DNA of 48,743 nucleotides from Bacilli bacterium (GTDB lineage Bacteria; Bacillota_I; Bacilli_A; RF39; UBA660): NCBI GenBank assembly GCA_045613165.1, contig JAZLAK010000018.1, positions 1 to 48,743 of the forward strand, read 5' to 3'. Shown piece by piece: positions 48,561 to 48,743 of this stretch (position 1 is its first letter; each line of letters starts with the position of its first letter). The notes under the pieces were generated by a model. It saw only the letters and a program-made list of their open reading frames with translations, ran no database searches and was not told where the DNA came from. The position numbers and the translations under genes were made by a program.

Positions 48561-48589
48561 ATAATACTATATTTATTAAAATAGTTCAA
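48561..48589 (-). promoter_or_regulatory. promoter of the cluster (TTGAAC-17-TATTAT)
   Basis: On the minus strand, TTGAAC (48589-48584), a 17 nt spacer, and TATTAT (48566-48561), about 35 nt upstream of the adhesin ATG. Confidence 0.5.
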
Positions 48590-48606
48590 GATATAAATTT
48601 AAAAGA

Positions 48607-48743
48607 CTATTCACATGAATAGTCTTCCAAAAAATTCCTAAATAAATTATACTTTATAACATTATTCTCTATATAATTATAATTATCTTTTTCTAATTTA
48701 TATAAACCAATAATACTATCTTTTAAATTCTTATATAAATCTA
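48607..48743 (-). CDS. hypothetical protein, C-terminal fragment (gene enters from right edge)
   Basis: Open frame from the window edge to a TAG at 48607-48609 (...DLYKNLKDSIIGLYKLEKDNYNYIENNVIKYNLFRNFLEDYSCE). A 9 bp hairpin (48604-48625) overlaps the stop codon. Confidence 0.35.
   Translation of the reverse strand, partial: DLYKNLKDSIIGLYKLEKDNYNYIENNVIKYNLFRNFLEDYSCE

Larger units (their letters stand above)
27272..48589 (-). other. 19-gene T4SS-like / pilus-like gene cluster (no relaxase or integrase in window)
   Basis: All genes are co-directional, with gaps mostly under 20 nt or overlapping. A promoter lies at 48561-48589 and a terminator at 27272-27295. See the individual CDS entries. 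Confidence 0.75.

Noticed and set aside
27272-48589. Calling the cluster a complete integrative conjugative element (mobile_element)
   Set aside because: The window shows no integrase, relaxase, excisionase or flanking repeats, so I annotated it as a T4SS-like cluster and left its mobility open.
1-48743. Mollicutes-type genetic code (TGA = Trp), suggested by the extreme AT content
   Set aside because: The map gene ends in TGA at its expected C-terminus, Trp is encoded by TGG throughout, and no conserved gene needs TGA read-through.
1-48743. tRNA, rRNA, tmRNA or SRP RNA genes
   Set aside because: No GC-rich cloverleaf-sized islands or conserved rRNA or SRP motifs were seen by eye. The only GC-enriched intergenic stretch is the rpsJ leader. 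A tRNAscan/cmscan run would be needed to be certain.

Overview
Very AT-rich, low-GC Gram-positive (Bacillota-type) chromosome using the standard genetic code: the map gene ends in TGA, so TGA is a stop. Most genes are on the minus strand. The window has three parts. (1) 1-12.1 kb is housekeeping: a DAACS-family symporter, then murC, an HD hydrolase, a NUDIX hydrolase, rlmCD-like and rluB genes, the sporulation cluster dacB-spmA-spmB, and an isolated prepilin peptidase plus PilC-like platform pair. Two intergenic gaps each hold a promoter-to-terminator small-RNA candidate converging on a tiny hydrophobic peptide ORF. (2) 12.1-26.0 kb is a complete S10-spc-alpha ribosomal protein operon (rpsJ to rplQ, with secY, adk, map, infA, rpmJ and rpoA). 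It has no L30 gene. (3) 27.3-48.6 kb is the accessory region: 19 co-directional minus-strand genes, bounded by a promoter and a terminator. They form a type IV secretion (conjugation-type) apparatus with a VirD4-like coupling protein, a VirB4 ATPase split into two ORFs, VirB3-like and VirB6-like proteins, and four cell-wall hydrolase domains. The apparatus is combined with three paralogous VirB2/T4SS-pilin-like proteins, a Tad/Flp-like trio, and three cysteine-rich, TM-anchored surface proteins, one of 1092 aa with cadherin-like repeats. I found no relaxase, integrase, transposase, tRNA, rRNA or CRISPR array anywhere in the window. All functional calls come from motifs I could read in the translations. 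No database search was run.
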